DNA from: Planctomycetota bacterium
Lineage (GTDB): Bacteria > Planctomycetota > B15-G4 > JADJEK01
Reading direction: 5' to 3'
Length of the DNA: 64,000 nt
Assembly (NCBI GenBank): GCA_044225365.1
Contig: JBGAIQ010000001.1
Span: forward strand, 352,001 to 416,000
Shown here piece after piece: positions 37,911-50,636 of the stretch. Position numbers and translations under genes: made by a program. The number at the start of each line of letters is the position of its first letter. The first letter of the stretch is position 1. Under the pieces are notes generated by a model. That model did no database searches and was not told the DNA's origin. It saw only the letters and a list, made by a program, of their open reading frames with translations.

Positions 37911-38909
37911 ATGTCGAACGCGAAGTCGAAGGGCAAGCGCGCGCTGGTCGTGCGCATGGACGAGAGTGGCCGCAGCGCCGTCGTGCGCTTCCTCGAGCGG
38001 AACGGCTACCAGGTCCAGGCGACCGGCAACGGCGCCGAGGGACTGTCGCTGCTTCGTGAACAGAATCCAGACCTCCTCGTCACCGACGGCGTGCTACCGA
38101 AGGTCACCGGTTTCGAACTATGTAGGGAAGCCAAGCGGGCAGGCGGCACGGCGACGGCGGTGGCGCTCATCATCGAAGAGGGTGACGGCTACGGCCGCGG
38201 CCGCGCTCGCGCCGAGGGCGCGGATCTGCTGCTCACCGAGCCGGTCCTCGAGGACGATCTCGCCGAGGTGCTCGGCGTCAAGGCGGGCGACGGCGGAGCG
38301 ATCGAGTCGGTCCTGTCGTCGAGTGGCGGCGGGGGTCGCGATCGCTTCTTGAAGGAACTGCTGCGCGTACCGGGCAAGACCGATCCGATCGTGAACCGCA
38401 TCAGCGATCCGCTGACGGGCCTGCATCACCGCGGGTACATGGCGCTCAAGCTCGACGAGGAATTCAAGAAGAGCAAGCGCTACTCCACGCCGCTGTCGCT
38501 CATCTTCGTCGACATCGACAACTACTCGGATGTCGTGGAGCGATCCGGTCGCCCCCTCGCCCAGGAGATGCTCCTCGAGGTCGCGGGCGTGTTCCTCTGC
38601 GAGTCTCGCGATGTCGATTGCGCGGGCCGTGTCGACGATGCGCGATTCATGCTGCTGTTGCCGAGCACGGATCTCTCCGGCGCGCGCATCATGGCGAATC
38701 GAGTGTTCGACCAGGTGTGCAGTCGGAAGGTGGCGGGTCAGAAGGGTGACATCGCGATTCGCTGCAGCGTCGGTATCGCTGCGTTGCCGTCGGAGGACGT
38801 CGATACCGTCGACGCATTCGCCGATCATGCGCTGCGGGCGATGAAGACCGCGGCGAACATGGGCGGCAATCGGATCTGCGCCTTCGGCGACGTCGCGACT
38901 CCCGCCTGA
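37911..38909 (+). CDS. Receiver-GGDEF domain protein with degenerate active site
   Basis: Receiver domain, DPLTGL, FVDID, I-site RDVD, GRVDDARF in place of GGDEF, and CSVGIA. Confidence 0.87.
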   Translation: MSNAKSKGKRALVVRMDESGRSAVVRFLERNGYQVQATGNGAEGLSLLREQNPDLLVTDGVLPKVTGFELCREAKRAGGTATAVALIIEEGDGYGRGRARAEGADLLLTEPVLEDDLAEVLGVKAGDGGAIESVLSSSGGGGRDRFLKELLRVPGKTDPIVNRISDPLTGLHHRGYMALKLDEEFKKSKRYSTPLSLIFVDIDNYSDVVERSGRPLAQEMLLEVAGVFLCESRDVDCAGRVDDARFMLLLPSTDLSGARIMANRVFDQVCSRKVAGQKGDIAIRCSVGIAALPSEDVDTVDAFADHALRAMKTAANMGGNRICAFGDVATPA

Positions 38910-38929
38910 ATTCGACTCTCCGCTCATTC

Positions 38930-38965
38930 GAAACGGGCGCCTCGCCATCGCGAGTCGCCCGTTTC
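38930..38965. terminator. Bidirectional terminator hairpin between convergent genes
   Basis: GAAACGGGCG-c-CTCGC-catc-GCGAG-t-CGCCCGTTTC. Confidence 0.65.
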
Positions 38966-38997
38966 TCACTGCATGCGAAGGGAGATCGACCGCGCGA

Positions 38998-41619
<2,622 letters not shown>

Positions 41620-41666
41620 CTTGCGTCCTCCGTACTCGAATGGGATCGGCGCGGGCGCGCGATCGA

Positions 41667-42299
41667 TCAGGTGTTTCCTCGATGAGTGGCGGCAATCGCG
41701 CTGTCGAGCCCGGGGAATGCGTCGATCACCCAATGCTGGAACAATTCGATCGTCTCGCCGGGCTTCTTGCTCGTCACTTCGAGATCGGGATCGACGATCT
41801 CGATGCGGAAGCGCCCCTTGTCCTCTTCGAGCGCGTCGATCACGACATTGCGCGCGAATCCGTGCGTCTTCCTCCCGTCGGGGTGGTAGACGATGTACTC
41901 GGGCTCGTTCACCAGTTCGATGACGAGCGGCGGATCGGCGCCGAGATCGATCGTCGCCTTCACGCGATTGCCGCCGGCTTCACGAGCGAGGTGGACCCGA
42001 CCGTCGAGGCTTCGATTCGCGATGAAACGGACCGCGAGCGGGTCCTTCTCACGAAGATACGCCCGCGCGATCGAGTAGCTGCCGAGGGATCCCACGCTCT
42101 GCTTCAAGTGTTCGGAGAAGCAGCGATACTCTTCGTCGGCGTTGTCGCAGGAGAACGCGCGATGGAAGCTCGTGATCGTGTTCTCGGGCGTGGTGCGATC
42201 GTACCCCGAGCATTCGGCGCACCCGGTCGACAGCGCGGCGCAAGCGAGGAGGAAAGCGGCGCACGAGCCGCGCACGAGGTGACGGAGTGCGAGCATCAT
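41667..42299 (-). CDS. Hypothetical lipoprotein
   Basis: Signal peptide with lipobox LSTGC; TTPENTITSF start of mature domain; tightly linked to neighbours. Confidence 0.65.
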   Translation of the reverse strand: MMLALRHLVRGSCAAFLLACAALSTGCAECSGYDRTTPENTITSFHRAFSCDNADEEYRCFSEHLKQSVGSLGSYSIARAYLREKDPLAVRFIANRSLDGRVHLAREAGGNRVKATIDLGADPPLVIELVNEPEYIVYHPDGRKTHGFARNVVIDALEEDKGRFRIEIVDPDLEVTSKKPGETIELFQHWVIDAFPGLDSAIAATHRGNT

Positions 42300-42342
42300 C
42301 CCGCGAAGTTAGGGGCGCTTCGCGCCGGGTCAATCGGCGGCG

Positions 42343-44658
42343 TCATTTCCCCGTCGTGAACGACCACGTGGTGCCGGGCCCGCCCTCGGGCGGGATGAAA
42401 TGCGCAAAGTACTTGGTGTTCGGTTTCAGCCTCGACTTGGGGATGAGGCAATACGACTCCGCCGGCGCGAGGTCGGGGTTCGTGGGCTTCGACGGGGTCG
42501 ACACGTGAGCCTCGACGAGAGGCCCTTTCTCGGTTCCGACGTGGAGGGCGAACGTCGCCTCCGTGACCCCGACCTTCTCTCGATCGGAGCGCTGGAACGT
42601 GATCGGATAGCCCCAGTTGCTCTCGTCCTCGCCAGGCACCGGATTCGGGATCTCGAGAGCGAAGGACAACGGCACGTCGCGCGCCTCGTCCTTGGGCCAA
42701 TGGACCTCCCACGTGGAGTCACTGGGACTCGCGAGCGAACTCGCATCGAGTACCGCCATTCCGCCCTCGAGCGCGAAGCCGATCCGGACGATGTTCGGTT
42801 CGAGCAGGGGAAGGCGGTGATAGAAGGTCGCCATCCATCCGTCGATTGCATCCTTTGCGGAACGCGAACCGGGTGCGATGACGGAATGCAGTCCGGCGAA
42901 CGAGCCTTCGACGGAGAATCCTGACTTGTCCGGGTACTCCTCGTGGGCATCGGGCCACTTCTCGGCTTGTTCTTTGTGCTGCAGCAGGTATTTCGCGTGC
43001 TTCAGGCAACCCGCCGACAGGTCGGCATCGAACCCCACCGCGATCGGCTCCTTGCGCTGCACGCCGCCGAGCGCGTCCTGACGGATCGAGTTCAGGTAAT
43101 CGAGTGCTTCCTTCTGACCCTTCGCGAGTGGGGCGGCGGTCTGCGGTTCGAGACGGCCCACCACGCCGAGCGGATCCGGCACGAGCCAATCGCGCCAATT
43201 CTGATCGAAGCGATCGAGCGGCATTCCGAGTTGCCGCTCGAAGAGCTCGCCGGGCGGTGTCTTCTCCTGGTCCTCACCATCGACGCCTTGGTCGTCGACT
43301 CGAGTCTTCGCGACGCCGCGCAGGATCGGAAGGAGATCACCCTGTTCGGTGAAGTATTCGACGACGAGCGTCGCTTTCAGCGGCTCGTCGCCCTCGAGCT
43401 TGCCGGCTTGATCCTTGAGGCAGGATAGGAACGGCGGATCCGCGTGGTGCTGGACGCGCCACATCATGTAATTCCGGCAGCCCTGGATGCCGCCCTTCGC
43501 CATGCGGAACAGCTCCTCGCGCAGTTGCCGCTCCGATTCCGACTCGGCGCGGGTGGTACCGTCGCCGCCGACGTTGACCTTGCCCCCTTCGAACCATGCG
43601 TAGCGCGGCGCGGCGGTGCCGAGGCAAGAGCGGCATAGCCAGTCGTGGAGGCCGGAGAACAGCACGGCCTGTGTGTCGGCGATGGTCACGTCGGAATTGC
43701 GGTTGAGCGGCATCGAGGTCAACAAGTAGCCGAGGAGGGTTGCCTCCGCGTCGGCTTCAGCGAGGTCGAACTGCACCGTGGACCCATCGGTGAGGAAGAA
43801 GCCGTGGAGTTCCTTCGCGTGCGCCTTGTCCCGCGCCAGGACGCGATCGAACTTCAACGCGACGCTCAGCGCGGCGTCGTATTCGGAGCGATGCGCCACC
43901 CAATAGAAGGTCTGGTGGGGCATCTTCGGGATCTCGAGCGCCCCTCGGACGAGGAAGTTCGCGACGGTGAGGGCTCGTGCAGTAGAGACGACGATGCGCT
44001 TCAGCTTGTTCGGATCGAACGTCGAGTACACGGTGATCGGCCCGATCCGGGCCACGCTCGCGGTGTCGCCGAGGTATTCCTTCGCCCTCTCGTCTTGCGT
44101 CGGCTCGAGCGTGACTTCGCGATCGAGCGGGAGAGCGCGAGACTTCGTCACCGCATCCGCGATCGCGATGCGTCGCTCCGCACGCTGCGCTTCGCCCGGC
44201 AATCGCCAGTTCGAACCGACTCGTTCACGCCCGAGCGTCTTCTGCGCGGATTCGACGGAAGGATCGAGCGCGAGCACCATTCGCGCGAGGACGGCCTGAG
44301 TCTCTGGCTCCTCCGCGATCAGCGTCGCGAGGTCTTTCGCGAGGTCCCGTGTGGCGGCCGCTTCGCGCGGGAACTTGTCCTTCGGCTTCGCCTTCGACGC
44401 CTTCAGTTTCAGTGTCTCTGCGTTGCAGGCCTTCAGCAGTGCCTGACTGCGCTCGCTGCCGCCGCCCAGGTTCCGTAGCAGATCGACCATCTCGATCGCG
44501 AGATCGTCTCGCCCGGCCTTCGCGAAGTCCTTCGCGACCGATTCGATCTTCTTCAGCGTCTTGTCCGGAGCGGAGAACTTGGGTTCCTCGCCGCGCAGGG
44601 TCGCGGTTGCGAGGGCCAACACGGCGATCCGTACGCCGGTGTGGATCGCGCGAGTCAT
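42343..44658 (-). CDS. Exported protein with C-terminal CAP (SCP) domain and Ig-like tail
   Basis: Signal peptide; YLNSIR...LSAGCLKHAKYL...AIDGWMATFYHRLPLL...IGF; LIPKSRLKPNTKY. Alternative start 44685. Confidence 0.75.
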   Translation of the reverse strand: MTRAIHTGVRIAVLALATATLRGEEPKFSAPDKTLKKIESVAKDFAKAGRDDLAIEMVDLLRNLGGGSERSQALLKACNAETLKLKASKAKPKDKFPREAAATRDLAKDLATLIAEEPETQAVLARMVLALDPSVESAQKTLGRERVGSNWRLPGEAQRAERRIAIADAVTKSRALPLDREVTLEPTQDERAKEYLGDTASVARIGPITVYSTFDPNKLKRIVVSTARALTVANFLVRGALEIPKMPHQTFYWVAHRSEYDAALSVALKFDRVLARDKAHAKELHGFFLTDGSTVQFDLAEADAEATLLGYLLTSMPLNRNSDVTIADTQAVLFSGLHDWLCRSCLGTAAPRYAWFEGGKVNVGGDGTTRAESESERQLREELFRMAKGGIQGCRNYMMWRVQHHADPPFLSCLKDQAGKLEGDEPLKATLVVEYFTEQGDLLPILRGVAKTRVDDQGVDGEDQEKTPPGELFERQLGMPLDRFDQNWRDWLVPDPLGVVGRLEPQTAAPLAKGQKEALDYLNSIRQDALGGVQRKEPIAVGFDADLSAGCLKHAKYLLQHKEQAEKWPDAHEEYPDKSGFSVEGSFAGLHSVIAPGSRSAKDAIDGWMATFYHRLPLLEPNIVRIGFALEGGMAVLDASSLASPSDSTWEVHWPKDEARDVPLSFALEIPNPVPGEDESNWGYPITFQRSDREKVGVTEATFALHVGTEKGPLVEAHVSTPSKPTNPDLAPAESYCLIPKSRLKPNTKYFAHFIPPEGGPGTTWSFTTGK

Positions 44659-44891
44659 TCGTGCCTGGGGGCTGTCGGATCCCATCCGCGTCGTCTCCTC
44701 GTCGTACTCATACCCGAGGCGGGGATGGTAGCAGATCCTTCACACGAGGCGCTCGCACTCGCGGCCCGTCGTACCGTAGAATCCCGCGCCCTCTGCGTTG
44801 TTACAGTGCAGGGTGATCGGCGGTATCTTGGCCGCCGGGTGCACGAAACCCCTTTCCTCACCGATCCGACCGAAGACTCTCCCGGAGCGCA

Positions 44892-46541
44892 ATGACCCGC
44901 AAGCTGCTCGGACAGATCCTGATCGAGATGGGCGCCGCCGACGAGGCCGCCATCAACAAGGCGCTCCAGTTCCAGAAGTCGAAGCGGATCCGGATCGGCG
45001 AGGCCCTGATCCAGCTCGGTTCGGTTCGCGAGGAACAGGTGTATCGCGCCCTCGCGACGCAGGCGGGCCTGCCGTTCGTCGACCTGACGAAGGGCAAGAT
45101 CGCGGATCCGATCGTGAAGCTGATCTCGCGTGAGGTCGCGGAGCAGCATCGCGTCGTTCCGCTCCTCGAGAAGAACGGCAAGCTCATCGTCGCGGTCGAT
45201 GATCCGCTGCGCGTCTTCGAGCTCGATCAATTGTCGTTCGTGATCAATCGCGAGATCGGTGCGGCGATCGCGGCGCCGACGGCGCTGCGCGCAAAGATCC
45301 GCGAGTGCTACGGCGTCGGCATCGAGGACAAGGCCGTCGCGGCGTCCACCTCCGCGAGCGACGACGACGCCGATGCTCCGATCATCCGCATGGTGCAGAA
45401 GCTGATCGAAACTGCGCTCGAGGAGCGAGCCTCCGACATCCACGTCGAGCCGTTCACCGATCGCATCCGCGTGCGGTATCGCGTCGACGGCGTGCTCATC
45501 GAGCGCGCGACGCACCCGATGCACCTCCATGCGTCGCTCCTCTCGCGCCTCAAGATCATGGCGGGGATGGACATCTCGGAGAAGCGCAAGCCGCAGGACG
45601 GACGCATCAGCGCGCAGGTGAAGGGCCGCGATCTCGACGTTCGTGCCTCGATCCTTCCGGGCAGCCACGGCGAGACGATGGTGATGCGTCTCCTCGACAA
45701 GGAGCGCGGGCTCGTTTCGCTCGAGGAGCTCGGATTCGATCCGCAGGACTACCAGCGATTCCGCCAGATCATCAAGCGACCGAACGGCATCTTCCTCGTC
45801 ACCGGTCCTACGGGATCCGGCAAGACGACGTCGCTCTACGCCGCGCTGCGCGAGCTCAACCGACCCGACGTGAAGATCATCACGGCGGAGGACCCGGTCG
45901 AGTATCAGTTGAAGGGCGTGAACCAGGTGCAGGTGAAGCACCAGATCGGTCTCGACTTCGCCCGCATCCTCCGCGCGATGCTGCGCCAGGCGCCGAACAT
46001 CATCCTCGTCGGTGAGATCCGCGACAAGGAGACGGCGGAGATCGCGGTGCAGGCCGCGCTCACGGGTCACCTCGTGTTCTCGACGCTGCACACGAACGAT
46101 GCTCCGTCGGCGCTCACGCGACTCATCGACATGGGCGTGAAGCCCTTCCTCGTCGCCGCCTCGATCCAGGCCGTGATGGCGCAGCGGCTCATCCGCATGC
46201 TGTGCCCCAAGTGCAAGAAGCCGTACGAGCCGGAGGACAGCGAACTGCGCGCCCTCGGCATCTCGCGCGAGCGGCTCGCTGGTCGCACGCTCTACCAGCC
46301 CGACGGTTGCCCGTCCTGCGACATGACCGGGTTCTACGGCCGCAAGGGCGTCTTCGAGCTGATGGAGATGGACACCGGTCTGCGCGACGTCGTCTTCAAG
46401 AGCGGCTCGGCGAGCCAGCTCCGCGAGCGTGCGCGCGCATCGGGCAAGATGACGACGCTCCTCGACGACGGCGTACGCAAGGTGCTCGGTGGTCTCACGA
46501 CCATCCAGGAGATCCTGCGCATCGCGCACGCAGCGGAGTGA
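44892..46541 (+). CDS. pilB: Type IV pilus/T2SS assembly ATPase (PilB/GspE), copy 1
   Basis: ASDIHVEP, PQDGRI, GPTGSGKTT, AEDPVEY, LVGEIRD, STLHTN, CPKC/CPSC and an N-terminal MshEN-like motif. Confidence 0.92.
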   Translation: MTRKLLGQILIEMGAADEAAINKALQFQKSKRIRIGEALIQLGSVREEQVYRALATQAGLPFVDLTKGKIADPIVKLISREVAEQHRVVPLLEKNGKLIVAVDDPLRVFELDQLSFVINREIGAAIAAPTALRAKIRECYGVGIEDKAVAASTSASDDDADAPIIRMVQKLIETALEERASDIHVEPFTDRIRVRYRVDGVLIERATHPMHLHASLLSRLKIMAGMDISEKRKPQDGRISAQVKGRDLDVRASILPGSHGETMVMRLLDKERGLVSLEELGFDPQDYQRFRQIIKRPNGIFLVTGPTGSGKTTSLYAALRELNRPDVKIITAEDPVEYQLKGVNQVQVKHQIGLDFARILRAMLRQAPNIILVGEIRDKETAEIAVQAALTGHLVFSTLHTNDAPSALTRLIDMGVKPFLVAASIQAVMAQRLIRMLCPKCKKPYEPEDSELRALGISRERLAGRTLYQPDGCPSCDMTGFYGRKGVFELMEMDTGLRDVVFKSGSASQLRERARASGKMTTLLDDGVRKVLGGLTTIQEILRIAHAAE

Positions 46542-46602
46542 AGCGCGAAGGTCGACTCGTTTCCGTCCCCAGGGTCCAAGAAGCACGAAGAACCGCGAAC
46601 CG

Positions 46603-47703
46603 ATGAAGCTCGAACTCGCCAAGCTCCTCGACACGATCATCGAGACTGGAGGCTCGGACCTCCACCTCACGGTGGGCCGCCCGCCGGTGATCCGACTCCA
46701 CGGCCGCCTGCGATCGCTCAACCTCCCCGATCTCACGGAGGACCACACACGGGAGCTCGTCGGTGAGATGGCCCCGAAGGAGTGCCTCGACGAACTCGAG
46801 CGCGTCGGCACTTCCGACTTCGCGATCGCGCACGGCGACAAGGCGCGCTTCCGCGTCTCGATCTTCAAGCAGAAGCACATGTGGGGCGCCGCGCTGCGCC
46901 TCATCCCGAACAAGCTGCTCACGATGGAGCAGATCGGGCTGCCCGAGAGTGTGAAGCAACTCCTCAACCGTCCGCGCGGCCTCGTGCTGGTGACCGGTCC
47001 GACGGGCTCCGGAAAGACGACGACGCTGGCCTCGATGATCGATTGGATCAACGAGAACCAGGACATGCACATCATCACGATCGAGGATCCGATCGAGTAC
47101 TACCACCATCACAAGAAGTCGGTGATCATGCAGCGCGAGGTCGGTCACGACGTGACGACCTTCTCCGAGGCATTGCGGCGTGCCCTGCGTCAGGATCCCG
47201 ACGTGATCCTGATGGGCGAAATGCGCGACACCGAGACGATCGGCACCGCGATCACCGCGGCGGAGACCGGGCACCTCGTGTTCGGCACCTTGCACACCAC
47301 GGGATCGGCGCGCACGGTCGACCGCATCATCGACTCGTTCCCGCACGAGCAGCAGGAGCAGATCCGCGCCCAGCTCTCCGTGTCGCTGGTCGCCGTCGTG
47401 TCGCAGGTGCTGATGCCGCGCGCGTCGGGCAAGGGTCGCATCGCAGGCTTCGAGGTGCTGATCAGCACGTCCGCCGTCGAGAACCACATCCGCAAGAACG
47501 AGACCTTCAAGATCGCGTCGGTGATCCAGACTTCGCGCAAGCTCGGCATGATGCGCCTCGACGATCACCTGCTCGACATCTACCGCGCGGGCGACATCAC
47601 GAAGGAAACGATGTACGAGTACGCGATGAGCCCCTCGGAACTCGCCTCGAAACTCGGCGAGCAGGTGCCGGGCGTGACGGGCGCGGCGGGAGCGGAGGGA
47701 TGA
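46603..47703 (+). CDS. pilT: Type IV pilus retraction ATPase
   Basis: SDLHLTVG.PP, GPTGSGKTTTLA, HIITIEDPIEY, ALRQDPDVILMGEMRD, AETGHLVFGTLHT and AVENHIR (AIRNLIRE-like). Confidence 0.93.
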   Translation: MKLELAKLLDTIIETGGSDLHLTVGRPPVIRLHGRLRSLNLPDLTEDHTRELVGEMAPKECLDELERVGTSDFAIAHGDKARFRVSIFKQKHMWGAALRLIPNKLLTMEQIGLPESVKQLLNRPRGLVLVTGPTGSGKTTTLASMIDWINENQDMHIITIEDPIEYYHHHKKSVIMQREVGHDVTTFSEALRRALRQDPDVILMGEMRDTETIGTAITAAETGHLVFGTLHTTGSARTVDRIIDSFPHEQQEQIRAQLSVSLVAVVSQVLMPRASGKGRIAGFEVLISTSAVENHIRKNETFKIASVIQTSRKLGMMRLDDHLLDIYRAGDITKETMYEYAMSPSELASKLGEQVPGVTGAAGAEG

Positions 47704-47761
47704 GTAGCGCTAGGACGATGGCGGCGGATTCGCGGTCGACGGGACAACTCGCGGTGCTGCC

Positions 47762-49465
47762 ATGACCGCTCGGAAGTTGCTCGGCCAGATCCTCAAGGAG
47801 ATGAAGAAGATCCACGAGGGCCAGGTCCAGGAGGCACTCGGGATCCAACGCAAGCAGGGCGGCGCGATCGGCGAGATCCTCGTGACGATGGGCGCGATCA
47901 CGCGGCCCGATCTCTCCCGCGCGCTCGGCATGCAGGCCGGCATGGAGGTCGTCGACCTCGACAAGATCGAGATCGACAAGGCCGCGGTCGCGAAGATCGA
48001 TGCCACGACGGCGAATCTGCTGCGCGTCATGCCCTTCAAGCTCGAGCCCGGCCGCCTCACCGTCGCGATCGCAGACCCGCTGAACGCGAGCTGCCTCGAC
48101 GAATTGCGCTTCCTTGCCAACTGCGAGGTGAAGGGCGCGATCGCGGACGACAACGCGATCCAGCGCGCGCTTGCCCGGCACTACGACGCGGAGTCTCTGA
48201 AGAAGCCGCAAGCCAACATGAAGGGCGCGGTCGAGGAGCTCAAGAAAGCAGCGCAATCGGGCAATCTCGATCTCGAGGACAAGGCCGCGATGGCGCATGC
48301 CGCGCCCGTCGTAAAGCTGCTGAACTACATCCTGTATCAGGCGATCAAGGACCGCGCGTCGGACATCCACCTCGAGCCGTTCGAGGACGAATTCAAGGTG
48401 CGCTACCGTGTCGACGGTGTGCTGTACGAGATGGAGCCGCCGCCCGTCGCGCTCGCGATCCCGCTGGTGACGCGCGTGAAGGTCATGGCGAACCTCGACA
48501 TCGCCGAGACGCGCATCCCGCAGGACGGACGCATCGAGCTCGCGATCGGCGGGCGACCGGTCGACCTCCGCGTGTCGACCCTGCCCACCGCGTTCGGCGA
48601 GAGCTGCGTCATGCGCGTGCTCGATCGCAGCGTCGTCGCGCTCGACATCGAGAACGTGGGCCTGCGTTCCGAGGAACTCGCGACCGTGCGAAAGCTGTCG
48701 GCACTTCCGAACGGGATCGTGCTCGTCACCGGGCCGACCGGCTCCGGCAAGACGACGACGCTCTACTCCGTGCTGCAGGACATCAACACGCCGGACCAGA
48801 AGATCATCACGACGGAAGACCCCGTCGAGTACGACCTCGACGGCATCATCCAGATCCCGATCAACGAAGAACTCGGCGTCACCTACGCTCGCGTGCTGCG
48901 AACGATCCTGCGCCAGGACCCCGACGTGATCCTGGTCGGCGAGATCCGCGACCGCGAAACGGCGCAGATCGCGGTCGAAGCCGCGCTCACCGGTCACCTC
49001 GTGTTCTCCACGCTGCACACCAACGACGCTCCGTCCGCTGTGATGCGTCTCGTCGACATCGGGGTCGAGCCGTTCTTGATCGGCGCCACGCTCGAGGCGG
49101 TCGTCGCTCAGCGGCTCGTGCGCCGCATCTGCAAGAACTGCCGCACGCGCTACTCACCGGATCCCGAGCTGCTCCACGAGCTCGAGCTCGATCCCAAGGA
49201 GATCGCGGACAAGCAGTTCGCCTACGGCAAGGGTTGCGAGAATTGCAACTTCTCCGGATTCAAGGGACGCCTCGCGATCTACGAGATCATGATCGCGACC
49301 GAGCGGATCAAGCGTGCGGTGCTCGATCGGGCTTCGGCGAACGAATTGCGCCAGCTCGCGATCGAAGAAGGCATGCGGCCATTGCGCCAGGCCGGTTTGC
49401 TTGCGATCTTCGACGGTCACACCACCGTCGAGGAGATCCTGCGCGAGACGATTGTCGAGAAGTGA
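47762..49465 (+). CDS. pilB: Type IV pilus/T2SS assembly ATPase (PilB/GspE), copy 2
   Basis: Same ATPase motifs as copy 1 (ASDIHLEP, GPTGSGKTT, LRQDPD, STLHTN), CKNC/CENC and an MshEN-like N-terminus. Confidence 0.92.
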   Translation: MTARKLLGQILKEMKKIHEGQVQEALGIQRKQGGAIGEILVTMGAITRPDLSRALGMQAGMEVVDLDKIEIDKAAVAKIDATTANLLRVMPFKLEPGRLTVAIADPLNASCLDELRFLANCEVKGAIADDNAIQRALARHYDAESLKKPQANMKGAVEELKKAAQSGNLDLEDKAAMAHAAPVVKLLNYILYQAIKDRASDIHLEPFEDEFKVRYRVDGVLYEMEPPPVALAIPLVTRVKVMANLDIAETRIPQDGRIELAIGGRPVDLRVSTLPTAFGESCVMRVLDRSVVALDIENVGLRSEELATVRKLSALPNGIVLVTGPTGSGKTTTLYSVLQDINTPDQKIITTEDPVEYDLDGIIQIPINEELGVTYARVLRTILRQDPDVILVGEIRDRETAQIAVEAALTGHLVFSTLHTNDAPSAVMRLVDIGVEPFLIGATLEAVVAQRLVRRICKNCRTRYSPDPELLHELELDPKEIADKQFAYGKGCENCNFSGFKGRLAIYEIMIATERIKRAVLDRASANELRQLAIEEGMRPLRQAGLLAIFDGHTTVEEILRETIVEK

Positions 49466-49477
49466 CGGAGATCGAAG

Positions 49478-50632
49478 ATGCCCGCCAAGATCGAACGCAA
49501 GCGAAGCGCCAGCGAGACGTCCGCGAGTAGCGGGGGCGGCAGTGCGCCGGCCGCGCAGAACACGTCGAAACGGATGTTCTTCGGCTCGCGCGTCTCCGCG
49601 AAGAAGCTGGCCCAGTTCACGTCGCAGCTCTCGATCCTGCAATCCGCGGGCATCCCGATCGTGAAGAGCCTGCGCATCTGCGAGAACCAGTTGAAGCCCG
49701 GCCCTCTGAAGGCCGTGGTGGGGCAGGTCGCCGACGACGTCGAAGGCGGCGCGACGCTCTCCGAAGCGCTCGGCAAGCACGACGGAATCTTCGACCGGCT
49801 GTTCGTGAACATGGTGCGCGCCGGTGAGAAGGGCGGCATCCTCGACCAGATCCTCCTGCGACTCGCCGACTTCGCCGAGAAGAGCGAGCGCATCAAGGGA
49901 CGCATCAAGGAAGCGCTGACCTATCCGATCGTCGTCATCTTCTTCGCGCTCGGCGTCGTTTCGTTCATCATGGTCGTGATCGTCCCCAAGTTCGAGCAGA
50001 TCTTCAAACAGTTCAAGAAGGACCTGCCGGGGATCACCGAGCTGCTCATCCAGATATCGCGGACGATCTCGACGTACTGGTACCTCGTCATCGGTGTGCC
50101 GGTCGGACTCTTCGTCCTCTACAAGCTCGCGCTGCAGAACGCGAAGTTCCGGTTCTTCGTCGACGGGCTGCGACTGAAAGCGCCGATCGCCGGCGTGCTC
50201 ATCGAGAAGACCGTGATCGCGCGATTCTCGCGCACGCTCGGCACCTTGCTCGGTGCTGGCGTCCCGATCCTCGAGGCGCTCGAGATCGTCGAAGCGTCGA
50301 TCGAGAACACCGTGATCGCGAAGGCGATCGCCGACGTCCGCTCCGCGGTGCGCGAGGGCGATCCGATGGCTTCTCCATTGCAGCAGGCCGGCGTCTTCGA
50401 CGACCTCGTCGTCAACATGATCGCCGTCGGCGAGCAGACCGGCGCGCTCGACAAGATGCTCGTCAAGATCGCCGAGGTCTACGAGGGCGAGGTCGAAGTC
50501 CAGGTCGGCACGCTTTTCAAGCTGCTCGAACCCTTGCTGCTCATCTTCCTCGCGGTGATCGTCGGCTTCATCGTCGTCGCACTCTTCCTGCCGATCCTCA
50601 AGGTCATGGAATCGCTGCAAGGTCAGCGCTGA
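49478..50632 (+). CDS. pilC: Type IV pilus/T2SS inner-membrane platform protein (PilC/GspF)
   Basis: FTSQLSIL..AGIP, MVRAGE.GG.L, ALTYP, ARFSRTLGTLL.AGVPIL, MIAVGEQTG and LLEP. Confidence 0.93.
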   Translation: MPAKIERKRSASETSASSGGGSAPAAQNTSKRMFFGSRVSAKKLAQFTSQLSILQSAGIPIVKSLRICENQLKPGPLKAVVGQVADDVEGGATLSEALGKHDGIFDRLFVNMVRAGEKGGILDQILLRLADFAEKSERIKGRIKEALTYPIVVIFFALGVVSFIMVVIVPKFEQIFKQFKKDLPGITELLIQISRTISTYWYLVIGVPVGLFVLYKLALQNAKFRFFVDGLRLKAPIAGVLIEKTVIARFSRTLGTLLGAGVPILEALEIVEASIENTVIAKAIADVRSAVREGDPMASPLQQAGVFDDLVVNMIAVGEQTGALDKMLVKIAEVYEGEVEVQVGTLFKLLEPLLLIFLAVIVGFIVVALFLPILKVMESLQGQR

Positions 50633-50636
50633 TGAG

